From the NCBI RefSeq assembly GCF_024223415.1, contig NZ_CP100500.1: a stretch of 64,000 nucleotides of DNA; one strand, given 5' to 3'. This document shows, piece by piece, positions 12,175 through 23,511 of this stretch. A program made the position numbers and the translations under genes. A model generated the notes under the pieces. That model worked only from the letters and a program-made list of their open reading frames with translations, made no database searches and was not told where the DNA came from. The DNA comes from Escherichia coli (GTDB lineage Bacteria > Pseudomonadota > Gammaproteobacteria > Enterobacterales > Enterobacteriaceae). Each line of letters opens with the position of its first letter. Position 1 is the first letter of the stretch.

Positions 12175-13890
12175 TTACTTCAGCGGCGAACGGTTACGAT
12201 CAATGCCGTAGCGTTCGATCTCTTTATACGGCACGGTTTTTGACTGGCGCTTGCGCACATCAACCAGCGTCACACGGTCGGTACAGGAGTAGCAGGGATC
12301 AAGGCTACCGATAATCAGCGGTGCGTCAGAAACGGTATTGCCGCGTAGCATGTAACGCAGCACCGGCCAGTTGGCGTAGGTGGCGGCACGACAGCGCCAG
12401 CGGAACAATTTTTGATTATCACCGAGCATGCTCCAGTGCACGTCTTCACCGCGTGGCGCTTCAACAAAGCCGAGTGCGAATGCGTGAGGTTTATAGCTAA
12501 AGCCTTCGGTCAGCAGCGGGGTATCCGGCATGTTGTCGAGGGCAAATTCCAGCATTGCCAGCGAATCAAACGTCTCTTTGACACGGACCATCACGCGGGA
12601 GAAGACATCGCCGCCGGTAAAGGTAAACAGTGTTTTTGGAATATTGCCGTAGTCGGCGTAGGGGTGATCAAAGCGCAAATCACGGGCAAAACCACTGCCG
12701 CGGATCAGCGGTCCTACGGGGCTATAATCACGGGCGATTTGTCGGTCGAGAATGCCAATGCCCTGAGTGCGTTGTTCCATATTCGGCGTGGCAAGCAGCA
12801 TTTCTACCAGCTCCGACACGTCGGCGCGCATCTCGCGCACCAGTTTCAGCGTTTGCAGACGTTGCTCTTTGAGAATATCGCGGCGAACACCACCAATCAG
12901 ATTCAGACCGTAGGTTTTACGCGACCCGGTCAGCAATTCCGCCATTGTCATCGACTTTTCCCGCACGCGGAAAAATTGCATAAAGCCGGTATCAAATCCA
13001 ACAAAATGGCAGGAGAGGCCAAGGTTGAGCAAATGACTGTGTAGCCGTTCGACTTCCAGCAGAATCGAGCGAATGGTATGCGCTCGTTGCGGCACCTCAA
13101 TCCCCAGTGCATTTTCAACCGAGTTGGTATAGGCCACACTGTGGGCAAAACCGCAAATCCCACACACGCGGTCCGATAAGAAGGTCACTTCGTTGTAGCC
13201 CATCCGCGTTTCTGCCAGTTTCTCCATGCCGCGATGGACATAAAACAGGCGGTAATCAGCATCGACAATTTGCTCGCCATCCACAAACAAGCGGAAGTGA
13301 CCCGGTTCATCGGAGGTGATATGCAGCGGGCCGACAGGGATCACCCGCGCATCGCTGTTGCCCTCATTGATAAACGGATACGTTTCGGAATCAGTCGTCG
13401 GTTCAGGGCGCAGTCGATAATCCATCGCATCTTTGCGCAGCGGATGCATATCTTCCGGCCAGTCATCGGGCAACACCAGGCGACGCTGATCCGGCAGGCC
13501 AACCGGAATCAGCCCGTACATATCGCGAATTTCTCGCTCGCCCCAGACCGCGGCAGGGACGCGCGGTGTGACTGACGGAAACTCCCGACTGTCGGCATCG
13601 ACCAGTGCCTTCACCACGATCCAGCATTTTTCGGCCCCTTCCATAGAAAGGGCATAATAAACCGCGTAATGACCGTTAAGTGTCCGCTCGTCGTTGCCAA
13701 ACAGGACCGGAAGCCAGCCATCATGTTGATAATAAAGATACTGTACAACGTCAGGCAGCAGATTGATTTTCACCGTAATGGTGACCTGTTCAGGCGTTTG
13801 TCGCTCTTCATCCAGCACCGCGCCGGGGAACTGCGTTTTCAGGGCGGCGAGAATCGCTTCGCCACGATTTGACGATGAATTAACGTTCAC
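12175..13890 (-). CDS. hyfG: hydrogenase-4 large catalytic subunit ([NiFe], NuoD/HycE-like)
   Basis: ORF track 12175..13935; probable GTG start ([10 protein letters not shown]) preceded by GGAG; start uncertain by a few codons; C-terminal DPCYSCTDR nickel-binding motif. Confidence 0.85.
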   Translation of the reverse strand: MNVNSSSNRGEAILAALKTQFPGAVLDEERQTPEQVTITVKINLLPDVVQYLYYQHDGWLPVLFGNDERTLNGHYAVYYALSMEGAEKCWIVVKALVDADSREFPSVTPRVPAAVWGEREIRDMYGLIPVGLPDQRRLVLPDDWPEDMHPLRKDAMDYRLRPEPTTDSETYPFINEGNSDARVIPVGPLHITSDEPGHFRLFVDGEQIVDADYRLFYVHRGMEKLAETRMGYNEVTFLSDRVCGICGFAHSVAYTNSVENALGIEVPQRAHTIRSILLEVERLHSHLLNLGLSCHFVGFDTGFMQFFRVREKSMTMAELLTGSRKTYGLNLIGGVRRDILKEQRLQTLKLVREMRADVSELVEMLLATPNMEQRTQGIGILDRQIARDYSPVGPLIRGSGFARDLRFDHPYADYGNIPKTLFTFTGGDVFSRVMVRVKETFDSLAMLEFALDNMPDTPLLTEGFSYKPHAFALGFVEAPRGEDVHWSMLGDNQKLFRWRCRAATYANWPVLRYMLRGNTVSDAPLIIGSLDPCYSCTDRVTLVDVRKRQSKTVPYKEIERYGIDRNRSPLK

Positions 13891-15460
13891 TGTGTTTCTC
13901 CGAAACAGATGCGGTGCCTGAAGGCAAAAAATCATGCCAGGTGCTACGTTGTGCAGGCAGGTCGTGCGTCCCTGAGAGGACTATAGTGGAAGCGCCCGCC
14001 AGGATCCTGATGACAGGTTGTGGAATATGCGTTCCCATCGCCAGCATCATGACCAGCAGAATCACCATTGGCGAGGTGGTCAACCAGCCGAGATCACCCC
14101 GGTTAACGGCCTGCGGCGGTTTCGCCATTAACACCCGCGCAGCCATCCGTACCAGGCCCGCCAGCACCAGCGTTAACAGCAATAACAGCATGACGATAAT
14201 CAGCAGGTGATTACGCGCCAGTCCGGCGGTAACGGTCATAAATTCGCTAAGAAAAATGTTGAAGGGCGGCATCCCGGCCAGCGCCAGCGCACCGCCGCCA
14301 AACAGCACGGCGGTAAATGGCATGATTTTGAGCATCCCGCAGACGACGTTGAGATCGCGCGTGCCGTACTTGAGCAGTACATTGCCGGAACCGCAGAACA
14401 GCAGCGTTTTTGCCAGACTGTGGTTTAAGGTGTGCAGCAGCGCGGCAAAAATTCCCAGCGGCCCGCCAATGCCTAGCGCCACCGCGACCAGTCCCATGTT
14501 CTCCACGCTGGAGTACGCCAGCAGACGCTTAATGTCCCGCTGTACCAGAATGAAAAATGCCGCCACGGCAACCGACAACATGCCGAAGATGAGCAACAAC
14601 CGGTTGGGGAAATCGCTGCCGATGGCCTGGCAAATAATGATGTAATAGCGAATCAGCACCAACAGCGCGCAGTTCAGCAATACGGCGGAGAGTAGGGCGC
14701 TGACCGGACTCGGCGCTTCACTGTGAGCATCCGGCAGCCAGGCGTGCATGGGAAATAGCCCGGTTTTGGTACCAAAGCCAATTAGCACAAACACAAAGGC
14801 CAACAGCATTAATGTTGGGTCAAGCAAGGACGATTGCTTAAGAACCTCGCTCCAGAATATCGCCATTTCTGCCTGCGGCATAACGCTGGCGGCGTTGGCG
14901 TATACCAGCACGGTACCGAACAGACCAAAAGCGACACCAACAGTACAAATAATGATGTACTTCCATGCTGCTTCCAGCGATGAACGCTGACCGTAAATGC
15001 CTACCAGAAACGCCGAGCTTAAGGTGGTGGCTTCGATCGCCGCCCACATCACAATCAGGTTATTGCTGGTAACAACCAGCAGCATGGTGAACAAAAACAG
15101 ATGGAAGAAACCGTAGTAATCGCACAGCGTAACGGGTGAAAGCTCGCCGTGAGCCACTTCATGACGCATGTAGCCAATCGAGTAAACACCGGTGAGAAAG
15201 CCAATCACACCAAGAATGGCGAGGAACAAACCGCCCAGACCATCAATATGAAGCCACAGTCCCGCAGCGAATATTTCTCCTGCATCAGCGGCAGTTTGGA
15301 CCACCCAGAGTGCCAGAATCAGCAGCAGTGTGATCCCTAAGCAATGTAATACGGTCACCGTGCGAGTCGCAGAGTGCCCCCGTTTCCGGCAGGCAAAACA
15401 GAGCAGCGAAAAAAGCAGCGGCGTGAGCAGGAGTAAAGCGAACATCACAGAATAACTCAT
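13880..15460 (-). CDS. hyfF: hydrogenase-4 membrane subunit (NuoL/M/N-like antiporter subunit)
   Basis: 526-aa polytopic membrane ORF. Confidence 0.9.
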   Translation of the reverse strand: MSYSVMFALLLLTPLLFSLLCFACRKRGHSATRTVTVLHCLGITLLLILALWVVQTAADAGEIFAAGLWLHIDGLGGLFLAILGVIGFLTGVYSIGYMRHEVAHGELSPVTLCDYYGFFHLFLFTMLLVVTSNNLIVMWAAIEATTLSSAFLVGIYGQRSSLEAAWKYIIICTVGVAFGLFGTVLVYANAASVMPQAEMAIFWSEVLKQSSLLDPTLMLLAFVFVLIGFGTKTGLFPMHAWLPDAHSEAPSPVSALLSAVLLNCALLVLIRYYIIICQAIGSDFPNRLLLIFGMLSVAVAAFFILVQRDIKRLLAYSSVENMGLVAVALGIGGPLGIFAALLHTLNHSLAKTLLFCGSGNVLLKYGTRDLNVVCGMLKIMPFTAVLFGGGALALAGMPPFNIFLSEFMTVTAGLARNHLLIIVMLLLLLTLVLAGLVRMAARVLMAKPPQAVNRGDLGWLTTSPMVILLVMMLAMGTHIPQPVIRILAGASTIVLSGTHDLPAQRSTWHDFLPSGTASVSEKHSER

Positions 15461-15464
15461 CTCA

Positions 15465-16115
15465 TTATCCCTTCAGCGCGGTCAAGTTGTTCACGTCCAG
15501 CGTGCCGTGGGTACGCCATATTTTTCTTGCCAGTAACACCATCACAATGACGGCGAAGATGGCGTCGGTAGCGATACCTATTTCCACCAGTTCCGGTGCT
15601 CGCCAGGCAAGAAGCGCCAGCACCAGATGGGAGCCGTTTTCCATCAGGCAGTAACCAAAAATTTGCCGCAGGATATTGCGCTGGCTGACAATGCACAGCA
15701 GGCCAAGCAGAAAATGACCTAACGCCACCGCCAGCGCCGGTTTCAGCCCGGTAGCCATCGGTAGCTTCACGGGCTGAACGACAAATGCGCAAAGCAGGAC
15801 AATTAACGCCGCGAGCAGTGCCATCATTGCCGGACCGAATAACGCTTTTTCCGGGATGTTCTGGGGAATATTTCGTGCAGCGTAAGTCATGATTAACGGT
15901 ACCAGCAGCACTTTGGTGATAAAGGCGCTGGCGGACCAGATCAGCAGTTGCTCTGCGGCGAACAGGCACGAGAGAGTGGCGAAAATAGACACCAGCACCA
16001 GCGACTGGCAGACGTAAAATCCGCATGACAGGCGATAGCTTTTGACGCTAATCACAAACAGCGATGTCAGCATCATCAGTCCCGCCAGATTATTTACGAT
16101 CGTAGAACCGGTCAT
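15465..16115 (-). CDS. hyfE: hydrogenase-4 membrane subunit E
   Basis: 216-aa hydrophobic ORF in operon context. Confidence 0.85.
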   Translation of the reverse strand: MTGSTIVNNLAGLMMLTSLFVISVKSYRLSCGFYVCQSLVLVSIFATLSCLFAAEQLLIWSASAFITKVLLVPLIMTYAARNIPQNIPEKALFGPAMMALLAALIVLLCAFVVQPVKLPMATGLKPALAVALGHFLLGLLCIVSQRNILRQIFGYCLMENGSHLVLALLAWRAPELVEIGIATDAIFAVIVMVLLARKIWRTHGTLDVNNLTALKG

Positions 16116-16126
16116 TCATCATCTCC

Positions 16127-17566
16127 TTACTGCAACCAGGTCGCGGCGATTACGCTGGAAATCAGCGACATCACAATCAGTACAATCAGCACCAGGCGCA
16201 TTGACCCTGGCAGCGGTGCGGCATCGGCGACGGCCTCGCTCGGTTTGCCCGGCACGACGCGACCAAACCAGCGAATAAACCAGGCGAAACTGGCGACCGA
16301 TTCAATCATCAGCAGAATCATGGCGGGCAGCAGGATCCAGTACTCCACTGACAACGCAAAACCGGCGGCAAACAGCGGGAATTTACTGAAGAAGCCGTTG
16401 AACGGCGGCACACCGGTAATCGCCAGCGCTGCCACGCAGAAACCCACGCCTGGCAACGGCAGGGTGTGCAATACGCCACGCAGACGCGGCAACAAGCGCG
16501 TGCCGCAGCTGTAACTCAGCGCACCTGCTACAAGGAAAAACAGGCTTTTAGCGAACGCGTGGTTGACGATGTAGGCGATGCTACCCTCCAGCGCCAGCCG
16601 CGAGCCGAAGATGGAGAGCGACAAGCCGAAGAACATCCAGCCAAGTTGAGTGATGGTCGACCAGGCCAGCAACCGCTTCATATCCTGCTGTGGCAAATAC
16701 ATCAGAAATCCATAAAGAATGGTGACCAGGGCCATGACCATGCCAACGCCGCCAATCACATGCGGGATATTGCCACCGTCGATAATGGCGCGGGCAAAAA
16801 TGTAAACGCCCACTTTCACCATCGATGCGGCGTGGAGATAGGCGCTGATCGGTGTTGGCGCTTCCATTGCGTCCGGTAGCCACGCTTGCATCGGTAGTTG
16901 GGCCGATTTCCCCCACGCGGCAAACAGGATGCCGCCATAAACCAGATAACGTGCGTCGCCGTGTAACTCGCTCATCGCGCTAAGCGCAAACGTTCCGGTC
17001 TGCAAAAACAGCGTGGCGGCGGCAAGATACAATCCCAGCGAACCGATATGGGTGATAAGTAACGCTTTTAGTGCTGAACGCTGCGCTTTATCGCTCTGGT
17101 AATAACTGATCAACGCCCAGGAGCAGCCGCCCGTAATTTCAAAAAACAACAACTGACCGAGCAGCGTCGAGGAGAGTACCAGTCCCGCCATCGCGCCGAT
17201 AAAAACCAGCAAAAATGCGTAATAACGATTCGTACCGTTATGCGGGTGTTCGCGATTTTTATCCGTCAGATAACCCGTGGAGTAGATCGTGACCAGCAAA
17301 CCGAGAAACACCACCACAAACAGAATCAGCGTACTCACGCGATCAATGAGCAGGCCAAACAACGCCACATCCCCCACGTTGACCAACGTCAACGTGACGG
17401 CAACTTTATCGGCCTGATAAAACGCGGAGATCAGTGACAACATGCACAGCGTGGTCAGCGCGGCGAACAAAACCCCCCATTCGGCGGCCCGACGTTGTGG
17501 CGAAAACGAAACGACCAGTGCGCCGATAAAAGGCATCATTAACGTCGTCAGAGCAAGATTTTCCAT
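16127..17566 (-). CDS. hyfD: hydrogenase-4 membrane subunit (NuoL/M/N-like)
   Basis: 479-aa polytopic membrane ORF. Confidence 0.9.
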   Translation of the reverse strand: MENLALTTLMMPFIGALVVSFSPQRRAAEWGVLFAALTTLCMLSLISAFYQADKVAVTLTLVNVGDVALFGLLIDRVSTLILFVVVFLGLLVTIYSTGYLTDKNREHPHNGTNRYYAFLLVFIGAMAGLVLSSTLLGQLLFFEITGGCSWALISYYQSDKAQRSALKALLITHIGSLGLYLAAATLFLQTGTFALSAMSELHGDARYLVYGGILFAAWGKSAQLPMQAWLPDAMEAPTPISAYLHAASMVKVGVYIFARAIIDGGNIPHVIGGVGMVMALVTILYGFLMYLPQQDMKRLLAWSTITQLGWMFFGLSLSIFGSRLALEGSIAYIVNHAFAKSLFFLVAGALSYSCGTRLLPRLRGVLHTLPLPGVGFCVAALAITGVPPFNGFFSKFPLFAAGFALSVEYWILLPAMILLMIESVASFAWFIRWFGRVVPGKPSEAVADAAPLPGSMRLVLIVLIVMSLISSVIAATWLQ

Positions 17567-17582
17567 ATTCCGTCAGTGCTCC

Positions 17583-18530
17583 TTACAGACCGGTTAACCA
17601 GAAGACCCATGCAAGCGCAGCAAGGCTGAAGCCAAGCCAGGTCACATGGTGAATGAGTAAAAAACGCCCGCGTGCCAGCGTGTTTTCTGCGATAGAGGCC
17701 AGAACAAAAATCAGCAAAACCTTGAGCAGCGTAACGACAAGTGAAGTCAGCAGGCAGGCGAGAGAAAGTTCTTGCGCGCGCCCAAAGGGCAGAAACAGGG
17801 CCACAAACAGTGCTGCCATCACGACCTGTTTCAGCCCCAGCCCCCATTTCGCTAGCGCCAGCCCGGCACCGGAATATTCTGTCAGCGGGCCTTCCTGTAA
17901 TTCCTGTTCTGCTTCAGCAACATCAAAGGGAATTTTTCCCATCTCAATGAAGCAGGCAAAACCACAGGCCAGTAACGCCAGTACGGTGGTTAGCGGCGAG
18001 TTCCAGCCCGTTGCCAGCGTATTGCTGATCATCTCGATATGCGTGGAACCTGCTATCAGCGCCAATACCAGCAGTGAGAGAATGAGCATGGGTTCGACCA
18101 GAATGCCGAGCGTCAACTCGCGACTGGCACCGACTCCCGCAAACGGGCTTCCGGTATCCAGCCCTGAAAGAGCAAAGAAAAAACGAAACAGGGCAAGAAG
18201 ATAGATAAGGGTGATCAGATCGCCGCCGCCCGCAAAAGGGGAAACGGTAATAAATAGTGGTAGGGCCATCGCCAGCACCAGCATGCTGCTGATTAATACC
18301 CACGGCATCAGGCGGAACATCAGACCTGAAGATGTCGGCGCAACTTCCTGCCGTTTAAACAGTTTGTGGATATCGCGATAATCCTGCCAGATCCCCGGTC
18401 CGCGGCGGGAGTGCATTCGCGCGCGTATCTGCCGGGAAATACCCGTAAAAAGTGGGGTTAGCATCAGCAGAATCACGGCCTGTGCTAACTCAAAAATGAC
18501 CAGATATCCGTCGCAAAGAGTTTGTCTCAT
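17583..18530 (-). CDS. hyfC: hydrogenase-4 membrane subunit (NuoH-like)
   Basis: ORF track 17583..18551; likely start at MRQTLCDGYL giving 315 aa. Confidence 0.85.
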   Translation of the reverse strand: MRQTLCDGYLVIFELAQAVILLMLTPLFTGISRQIRARMHSRRGPGIWQDYRDIHKLFKRQEVAPTSSGLMFRLMPWVLISSMLVLAMALPLFITVSPFAGGGDLITLIYLLALFRFFFALSGLDTGSPFAGVGASRELTLGILVEPMLILSLLVLALIAGSTHIEMISNTLATGWNSPLTTVLALLACGFACFIEMGKIPFDVAEAEQELQEGPLTEYSGAGLALAKWGLGLKQVVMAALFVALFLPFGRAQELSLACLLTSLVVTLLKVLLIFVLASIAENTLARGRFLLIHHVTWLGFSLAALAWVFWLTGL

Positions 18531-18540
18531 GGTGATTTCC

Positions 18541-20559
18541 TTAGACGGCAATAGCGATTAGCAGCACAACCAGTGCGGCGACCACATACAGGCAATAGAG
18601 ACGAAAGTCGCCGCTTTGCAGATGCTGTATTTCTTTGGCCAGCCGTTGGGTGGCGCTCACGATGGGGCGGATCACCCGCTCATCCCAGAAGGGTTCTGTG
18701 CTCTGAGCCCTGGCGGTGACGTGCGCAAGACCTTTATTTAGCCTCAGCGTAGGGTCGAGCTGTTGTCGTAGACGAAATAGCGCAGAGAAGACCACACGCA
18801 GCGGCTGCATCACGCCATTGCCTGACGGGGCCATCGCATTTTCCCAGCCGTAGCCGCATGCCCAGGCATCTCCTGTGCGACGAAACGCTGCGCGGCGCGA
18901 ACGACACCACAGCCAGTAAAGGCCAGGCAGCAAAGGCATCGCCAGTAGTAACAGCAACAGTAATGAGGGGGTGACCTGTGTATGAAACGTGCCGGGTACA
19001 AGTGCTATTCCGCTGGCGACAGTGACGGGAGGGGTATTGGTAAACGCATGGGCAATATGCATTATCTTCGGTGCCAGCCAACTGGCACTAAGCGCAATTA
19101 ATACGCAGAGTGCCGCGAGCAGTAGCATGGCGACGATCATCGTATTTGGCACTTCCTGTGCCTCTTCAGCGTGTGTACTGCGCGGCGCACCACAGAAAGT
19201 AATACCGTACATTTTGACGAAGCACATTACTGCCAGCCCACCAGTGACTGCCAGCATCACCATAGCAATAGGACCCGCAAGTTGTAGCGCTACGGCTTCC
19301 ACACGACTTAGTGAGAACAGCGACTGCCAGGTGTACCATTCGCTGATAAAACCATTCAGCGGAGGAAGGGCTGATATCGCGAGGCAACCAATCAGGCATG
19401 CTGCGGCTGTCCACGGCATCCGTTTTGCCAGTGCCCCCATTTTTTCCATGTCGTGGGTATGCAAACGCGAAATAATCGCACCCGCGCCGAGAAATAGCAG
19501 CCCTTTGAACAGCGCATGGTTGAGCAGATGAAACAGTGCGCCGAGCAGTCCAACCACGGTGAGCAGCGGGTCGTGCAGTGACAGACCGACCATCGCCACA
19601 CCGACTGCCAGCAAAATAATGCCGACGTTTTCGACGGTACTCCAGGCCAGCAGCCGTTTGATATCCTGTTCCGCCAGCGCATATAGCACGCCCAGGAGCG
19701 CGGAGATTGCGCCGATCGCCATCACCAGAATGCCCCACCACAGAGGCAAACCCGTTTGCGCCAGCAGATCCATCGCTACTTTCAGGATGCCGAAAATACC
19801 GATTTTGACCATTACGCCAGACATCAACGCCGAAGCGTGCGATGGTGCGGCAGGGTGAGCGCGCGGCAACCAGCTGTGCAACGGCATCATCCCGGCTTTC
19901 GCGCCAAAACCGAAAAAGGCCAGCAGGAACACCGCCGACGCCAGCCCCGGAGAAAGTGAAAGCGTGCGGAAACTGGCAAAATCTAGGCTGCCGCTTTCGC
20001 GCCCCATCAGCAAGAAGGCGATCATAATCAGCACCGATCCGGCGTGGGCGATAAAAAAGTAGAGCATGCCAGCGTTGATCGACGTTTTATCCTGCCTGGC
20101 AATGACCAGAAACCAGGAAGACAGCGACATCATTTCAAACAGCACGATGAACCAAAAAGCGTTGTCCATCACCAGCAGGGCAACCATCGATGCGATGAAA
20201 ATATTCATAAAGAAGCCCATCGCCGCCGCGCCTTTGCCCTCGTATTCGCGCATATAAGTCAATGAATAGAGCGAACAAACCACCACCAGCAAGGAGATAA
20301 CCAGCACCATAAATGCCGAGAGGCTATCCATTCGCAGGGTTAAATCGGCAAAGTCAAAAGGGGTGGCAAAACGGGCGACTAAAGTTACGCCTGCATGTAA
20401 TTGCGTAATTCCGCTGATGATGCCAATCACGCCGCCCACCAGCGATGTGATGCCGGAAAGCTTAATAGCCAGTCTGTCCAGACCGAGTAAAAACAGCGAA
20501 GCCAGACTGGCAAACAGATAGAGGATCAGCGACCAGGTTAATAATTGCAGGGCATCCAT
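18541..20559 (-). CDS. hyfB: hydrogenase-4 membrane subunit (NuoL-like)
   Basis: 672-aa polytopic membrane ORF. Confidence 0.9.
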   Translation of the reverse strand: MDALQLLTWSLILYLFASLASLFLLGLDRLAIKLSGITSLVGGVIGIISGITQLHAGVTLVARFATPFDFADLTLRMDSLSAFMVLVISLLVVVCSLYSLTYMREYEGKGAAAMGFFMNIFIASMVALLVMDNAFWFIVLFEMMSLSSWFLVIARQDKTSINAGMLYFFIAHAGSVLIMIAFLLMGRESGSLDFASFRTLSLSPGLASAVFLLAFFGFGAKAGMMPLHSWLPRAHPAAPSHASALMSGVMVKIGIFGILKVAMDLLAQTGLPLWWGILVMAIGAISALLGVLYALAEQDIKRLLAWSTVENVGIILLAVGVAMVGLSLHDPLLTVVGLLGALFHLLNHALFKGLLFLGAGAIISRLHTHDMEKMGALAKRMPWTAAACLIGCLAISALPPLNGFISEWYTWQSLFSLSRVEAVALQLAGPIAMVMLAVTGGLAVMCFVKMYGITFCGAPRSTHAEEAQEVPNTMIVAMLLLAALCVLIALSASWLAPKIMHIAHAFTNTPPVTVASGIALVPGTFHTQVTPSLLLLLLLAMPLLPGLYWLWCRSRRAAFRRTGDAWACGYGWENAMAPSGNGVMQPLRVVFSALFRLRQQLDPTLRLNKGLAHVTARAQSTEPFWDERVIRPIVSATQRLAKEIQHLQSGDFRLYCLYVVAALVVLLIAIAV

Positions 20560-21176
20560 TAGCGTTGCTCCTGAGTGAGGGAAAGGGGATCCTCCCCGCC
20601 ATTGGCAAACCAGCTTGCGGCAAGGCGCTGTTTTTCTTTCATCTGACGTTGCAGGCTATCGTCGGTGATCAGCCGTAACGCCTGATTCGGGCAAGCGCGA
20701 ACGCAGGCCGGACCTTCTGGCAAGAAATCACACAGGTCGCATTTCACCGCGACGGTCTGGACACCCGGTTCCCAGCGCAGCAAAGCATGTTGTGTTGGCG
20801 CGTTTTCTTCGCCGTCTTTGAGTGAGCCTTCAGCCTGAAAAACATATTGCGCAGGGGCATTCACCGGACGGCTTCCTGAAGCGCTGATTGCGCCAAATGG
20901 GCAGACCACGGCGCAAAGCTTGCAGCCAATACAGAGGCTTTCGTTGAGTTGGATCGCATCATCCCTCTGGGAGATGGCATTGACCGGGCAGACCTGCAGG
21001 CAAGGGGCTTCCTCACAGTGATGACACACGACAGGGGCAGTGAGTGTTGACGTCTTCGCCAGGGCCAGGCGCGGGTGTTGCTGTAAACCTTGCGTTTTAT
21101 GCACGTCCGAACAGGCAGCGAGACAGGTATTACATCCTGTACACCACAGTGGTTCGGCCACCACAAAGCGGTTCAT
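20559..21176 (-). CDS. hyfA: hydrogenase-4 ferredoxin-type subunit (4x Fe-S cluster motifs)
   Basis: ORF track 20559..21215; likely start at MNRFVVAEPL giving 205 aa; multiple CxxCxxCxxxC motifs. Confidence 0.85.
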   Translation of the reverse strand: MNRFVVAEPLWCTGCNTCLAACSDVHKTQGLQQHPRLALAKTSTLTAPVVCHHCEEAPCLQVCPVNAISQRDDAIQLNESLCIGCKLCAVVCPFGAISASGSRPVNAPAQYVFQAEGSLKDGEENAPTQHALLRWEPGVQTVAVKCDLCDFLPEGPACVRACPNQALRLITDDSLQRQMKEKQRLAASWFANGGEDPLSLTQEQR

Positions 21177-21300
21177 GTCGGCTCCTTGAAAATGATATGA
21201 AACATTGCATTTCATATTGCATAAAGGATGCTAGTCTGATTAATTTAATATATTCAATAAGTTATGAGTTAACTGGATTCTGAGCGGTACAAAAATGATG
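21177..21300 (-). promoter_or_regulatory. hyf operon upstream control region (promoter not pinpointed)
   Basis: AT-rich leader with tandem ATGCAAT repeats 30-50 bp upstream of hyfA; the operon is reported to be sigma54/HyfR dependent but I could not find a convincing GG-N10-GC element. Confidence 0.3.
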
Positions 21301-21428
21301 GTCATTAACGTTCAGCAAAAAATGGATTCGACACCCGTGTCGCAGGGGAAAGTGAGAATGTGATCTTGGTCACGAGAAGTGAGGTGTGCTGACCACAAGC
21401 GCAGCCAGCACGGAATGGAGCAAAGTAA

Positions 21429-21899
21429 TCAGGCGTGTTCTTTCAGCCAGTTCAGCACAACGTCGTGGTGATTGCTGGTTTTGAAATCGTCAAAGACATG
21501 TTCGATTTTGCCATCAGCGTCAATCAGGAAGCTGATGCGATGAATACCATCGTAGGTTTTGCCCATGAAGGACTTTTCCCCCCAGACGCCGAATTGTTCG
21601 CACACCTGGTGGTCCTCATCAGACAGGAGCGTAAAGTTAAGCAGCTCTTTTTCCGCAAAACGGGAGAGTTTTTCGGGTTTATCGGTGCTGATACCCAGCA
21701 CATCAACGCCCGCTTTTTTCAACTCATCCATGTTATCGCGTAAGCCGCAGGCCTGTACGGTACAGCCGGGGGTCATGGCTTTCGGGTAGAAATAAACCAG
21801 AACACGCTGTCCCTGGAAGTCGGTCAAATTAACTTGTTCTCCGTCTTGATCCGGCAAGCTAAATTTCGGTGCGGTATCACCGGCTTTCAGTGGATTCAT
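21429..21899 (-). CDS. bcp: thiol peroxidase (peroxiredoxin)
   Basis: 156-aa ORF with peroxidatic PGCT motif; start overlaps gcvR stop by 1 nt (TAATG). Confidence 0.9.
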   Translation of the reverse strand: MNPLKAGDTAPKFSLPDQDGEQVNLTDFQGQRVLVYFYPKAMTPGCTVQACGLRDNMDELKKAGVDVLGISTDKPEKLSRFAEKELLNFTLLSDEDHQVCEQFGVWGEKSFMGKTYDGIHRISFLIDADGKIEHVFDDFKTSNHHDVVLNWLKEHA

Positions 21900-22471
21900 T
21901 ACTTAACTCCATCCTGTTCATCATGTTGGGAATAATTGACGACGTTAATACTGCCTTGTGCATTGAGTTCTGTACATAGGGCTTTGAACGCTTGCTCAAT
22001 ATTTGCTGCGTCCGCAGATGCGGGGCTGTGGGCGGTGATCTGAATATGCAACTGCGCAGCCCGTTCATTTTCAGCAGGTTGCGTGCGCGACACCAGCTCC
22101 GCAATGTTCATATGATGCGCGTCGAAAAGTGCTGTGAAGCGTTCAATTAAATGCGGGGAGTCTGCCACATCGACCTGAACCCAGACAGATGCTGGCATTG
22201 GCGGACGCGGACGCGCCGTCGTGCGCTTCATCACGATTAAAAGATCCAGTTCTGCACCTTTCAACGGTAACGTTGATTCAATCAGAGTGATGGCATTCCA
22301 TGAACCGGAAAGCAGCATGATAAACGTGAACTCTTCTCCCAGCATCGCCAGGCGACTGTCTTCAATATTACAGCCGCAACTACTGACATGACGGGTGATG
22401 GTGTTCACAATTCCAGGGCGATCGGCACCCAACGCAGTGATCACCAGATAATGTTGCGATGACAGTGTCAA
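21899..22471 (-). CDS. gcvR: glycine cleavage system transcriptional repressor (ACT domains)
   Basis: ORF track 21899..22537; the GcvR N-terminus (..TLSSQHYLVITALG) begins at a TTG codon preceded by AAGGAA, giving 190 aa. Confidence 0.8.
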   Translation of the reverse strand: MTLSSQHYLVITALGADRPGIVNTITRHVSSCGCNIEDSRLAMLGEEFTFIMLLSGSWNAITLIESTLPLKGAELDLLIVMKRTTARPRPPMPASVWVQVDVADSPHLIERFTALFDAHHMNIAELVSRTQPAENERAAQLHIQITAHSPASADAANIEQAFKALCTELNAQGSINVVNYSQHDEQDGVK

Positions 22472-22616
22472 ACTGGTTATTCCTTTAAGGGGTGAGTTGT
22501 TCTTAAGGAAAGCATAAAAAAAACATGCATACAACAATCAGAACGGTTCTGTCTGCTTGCTTTTAATGCCATACCAAACGTACCATTGAGACACTTGTTT
22601 GCACAGAGGATGGCCC

Positions 22617-23495
22617 ATGTTCACGGGAAGTATTGTCGCGATTGTTACTCCGATGGATGAAAAAGGTAATGTCTGTCGGGCTAGCTTGAAAAAACTGATT
22701 GATTATCATGTCGCCAGCGGTACTTCGGCGATCGTTTCTGTTGGCACCACTGGCGAGTCCGCTACCTTAAATCATGACGAACATGCTGATGTGGTGATGA
22801 TGACGCTGGAGCTGGCTGACGGGCGCATTCCGGTGATTGCCGGGACCGGTGCTAACGCTACTGCGGAAGCCATTAGCCTGACGCAGCGCTTCAATGACAG
22901 TGGTATCGTCGGCTGCCTGACGGTAACCCCTTACTACAATCGTCCGTCGCAAGAAGGTTTGTATCAGCATTTCAAAGCCATCGCTGAGCATACTGACCTG
23001 CCGCAAATTCTGTATAATGTGCCGTCCCGTACTGGCTGCGATCTGCTCCCGGAAACGGTGGGCCGTCTGGCGAAAGTAAAAAATATTATCGGAATCAAAG
23101 AGGCAACAGGGAACTTAACGCGTGTAAACCAGATCAAAGAGCTGGTTTCAGATGATTTTGTTCTGCTGAGCGGCGATGATGCGAGCGCGCTGGACTTCAT
23201 GCAATTAGGCGGTCATGGGGTTATTTCCGTTACGGCTAACGTCGCAGCGCGTGATATGGCCCAGATGTGCAAACTGGCAGCAGAAGGGCATTTTGCCGAG
23301 GCACGCGTTATTAATCAGCGTCTGATGCCATTACACAACAAACTATTTGTCGAACCCAATCCAATCCCGGTGAAATGGGCATGTAAGGAACTGGGTCTTG
23401 TGGCGACCGATACGCTGCGCCTGCCAATGACACCAATCACCGACAGTGGTCGTGAGACGGTCAGAGCGGCGCTTAAGCATGCCGGTTTGCTGTAA
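22617..23495 (+). CDS. dapA: 4-hydroxy-tetrahydrodipicolinate synthase
   Basis: ORF track 22599..23495; likely start at [10 protein letters not shown] giving 292 aa. Confidence 0.9.
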   Translation: MFTGSIVAIVTPMDEKGNVCRASLKKLIDYHVASGTSAIVSVGTTGESATLNHDEHADVVMMTLELADGRIPVIAGTGANATAEAISLTQRFNDSGIVGCLTVTPYYNRPSQEGLYQHFKAIAEHTDLPQILYNVPSRTGCDLLPETVGRLAKVKNIIGIKEATGNLTRVNQIKELVSDDFVLLSGDDASALDFMQLGGHGVISVTANVAARDMAQMCKLAAEGHFAEARVINQRLMPLHNKLFVEPNPIPVKWACKELGLVATDTLRLPMTPITDSGRETVRAALKHAGLL

Positions 23496-23511
23496 AGTTT
23501 AGGGAGATTTG

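Noticed and set aside
21177-21428. A sigma54 -24/-12 promoter for the hyf operon
   Set aside because: Expected from the literature, but no convincing TGGCAC-N5-TTGC match was found by eye on the minus strand; left as an unassigned regulatory region.
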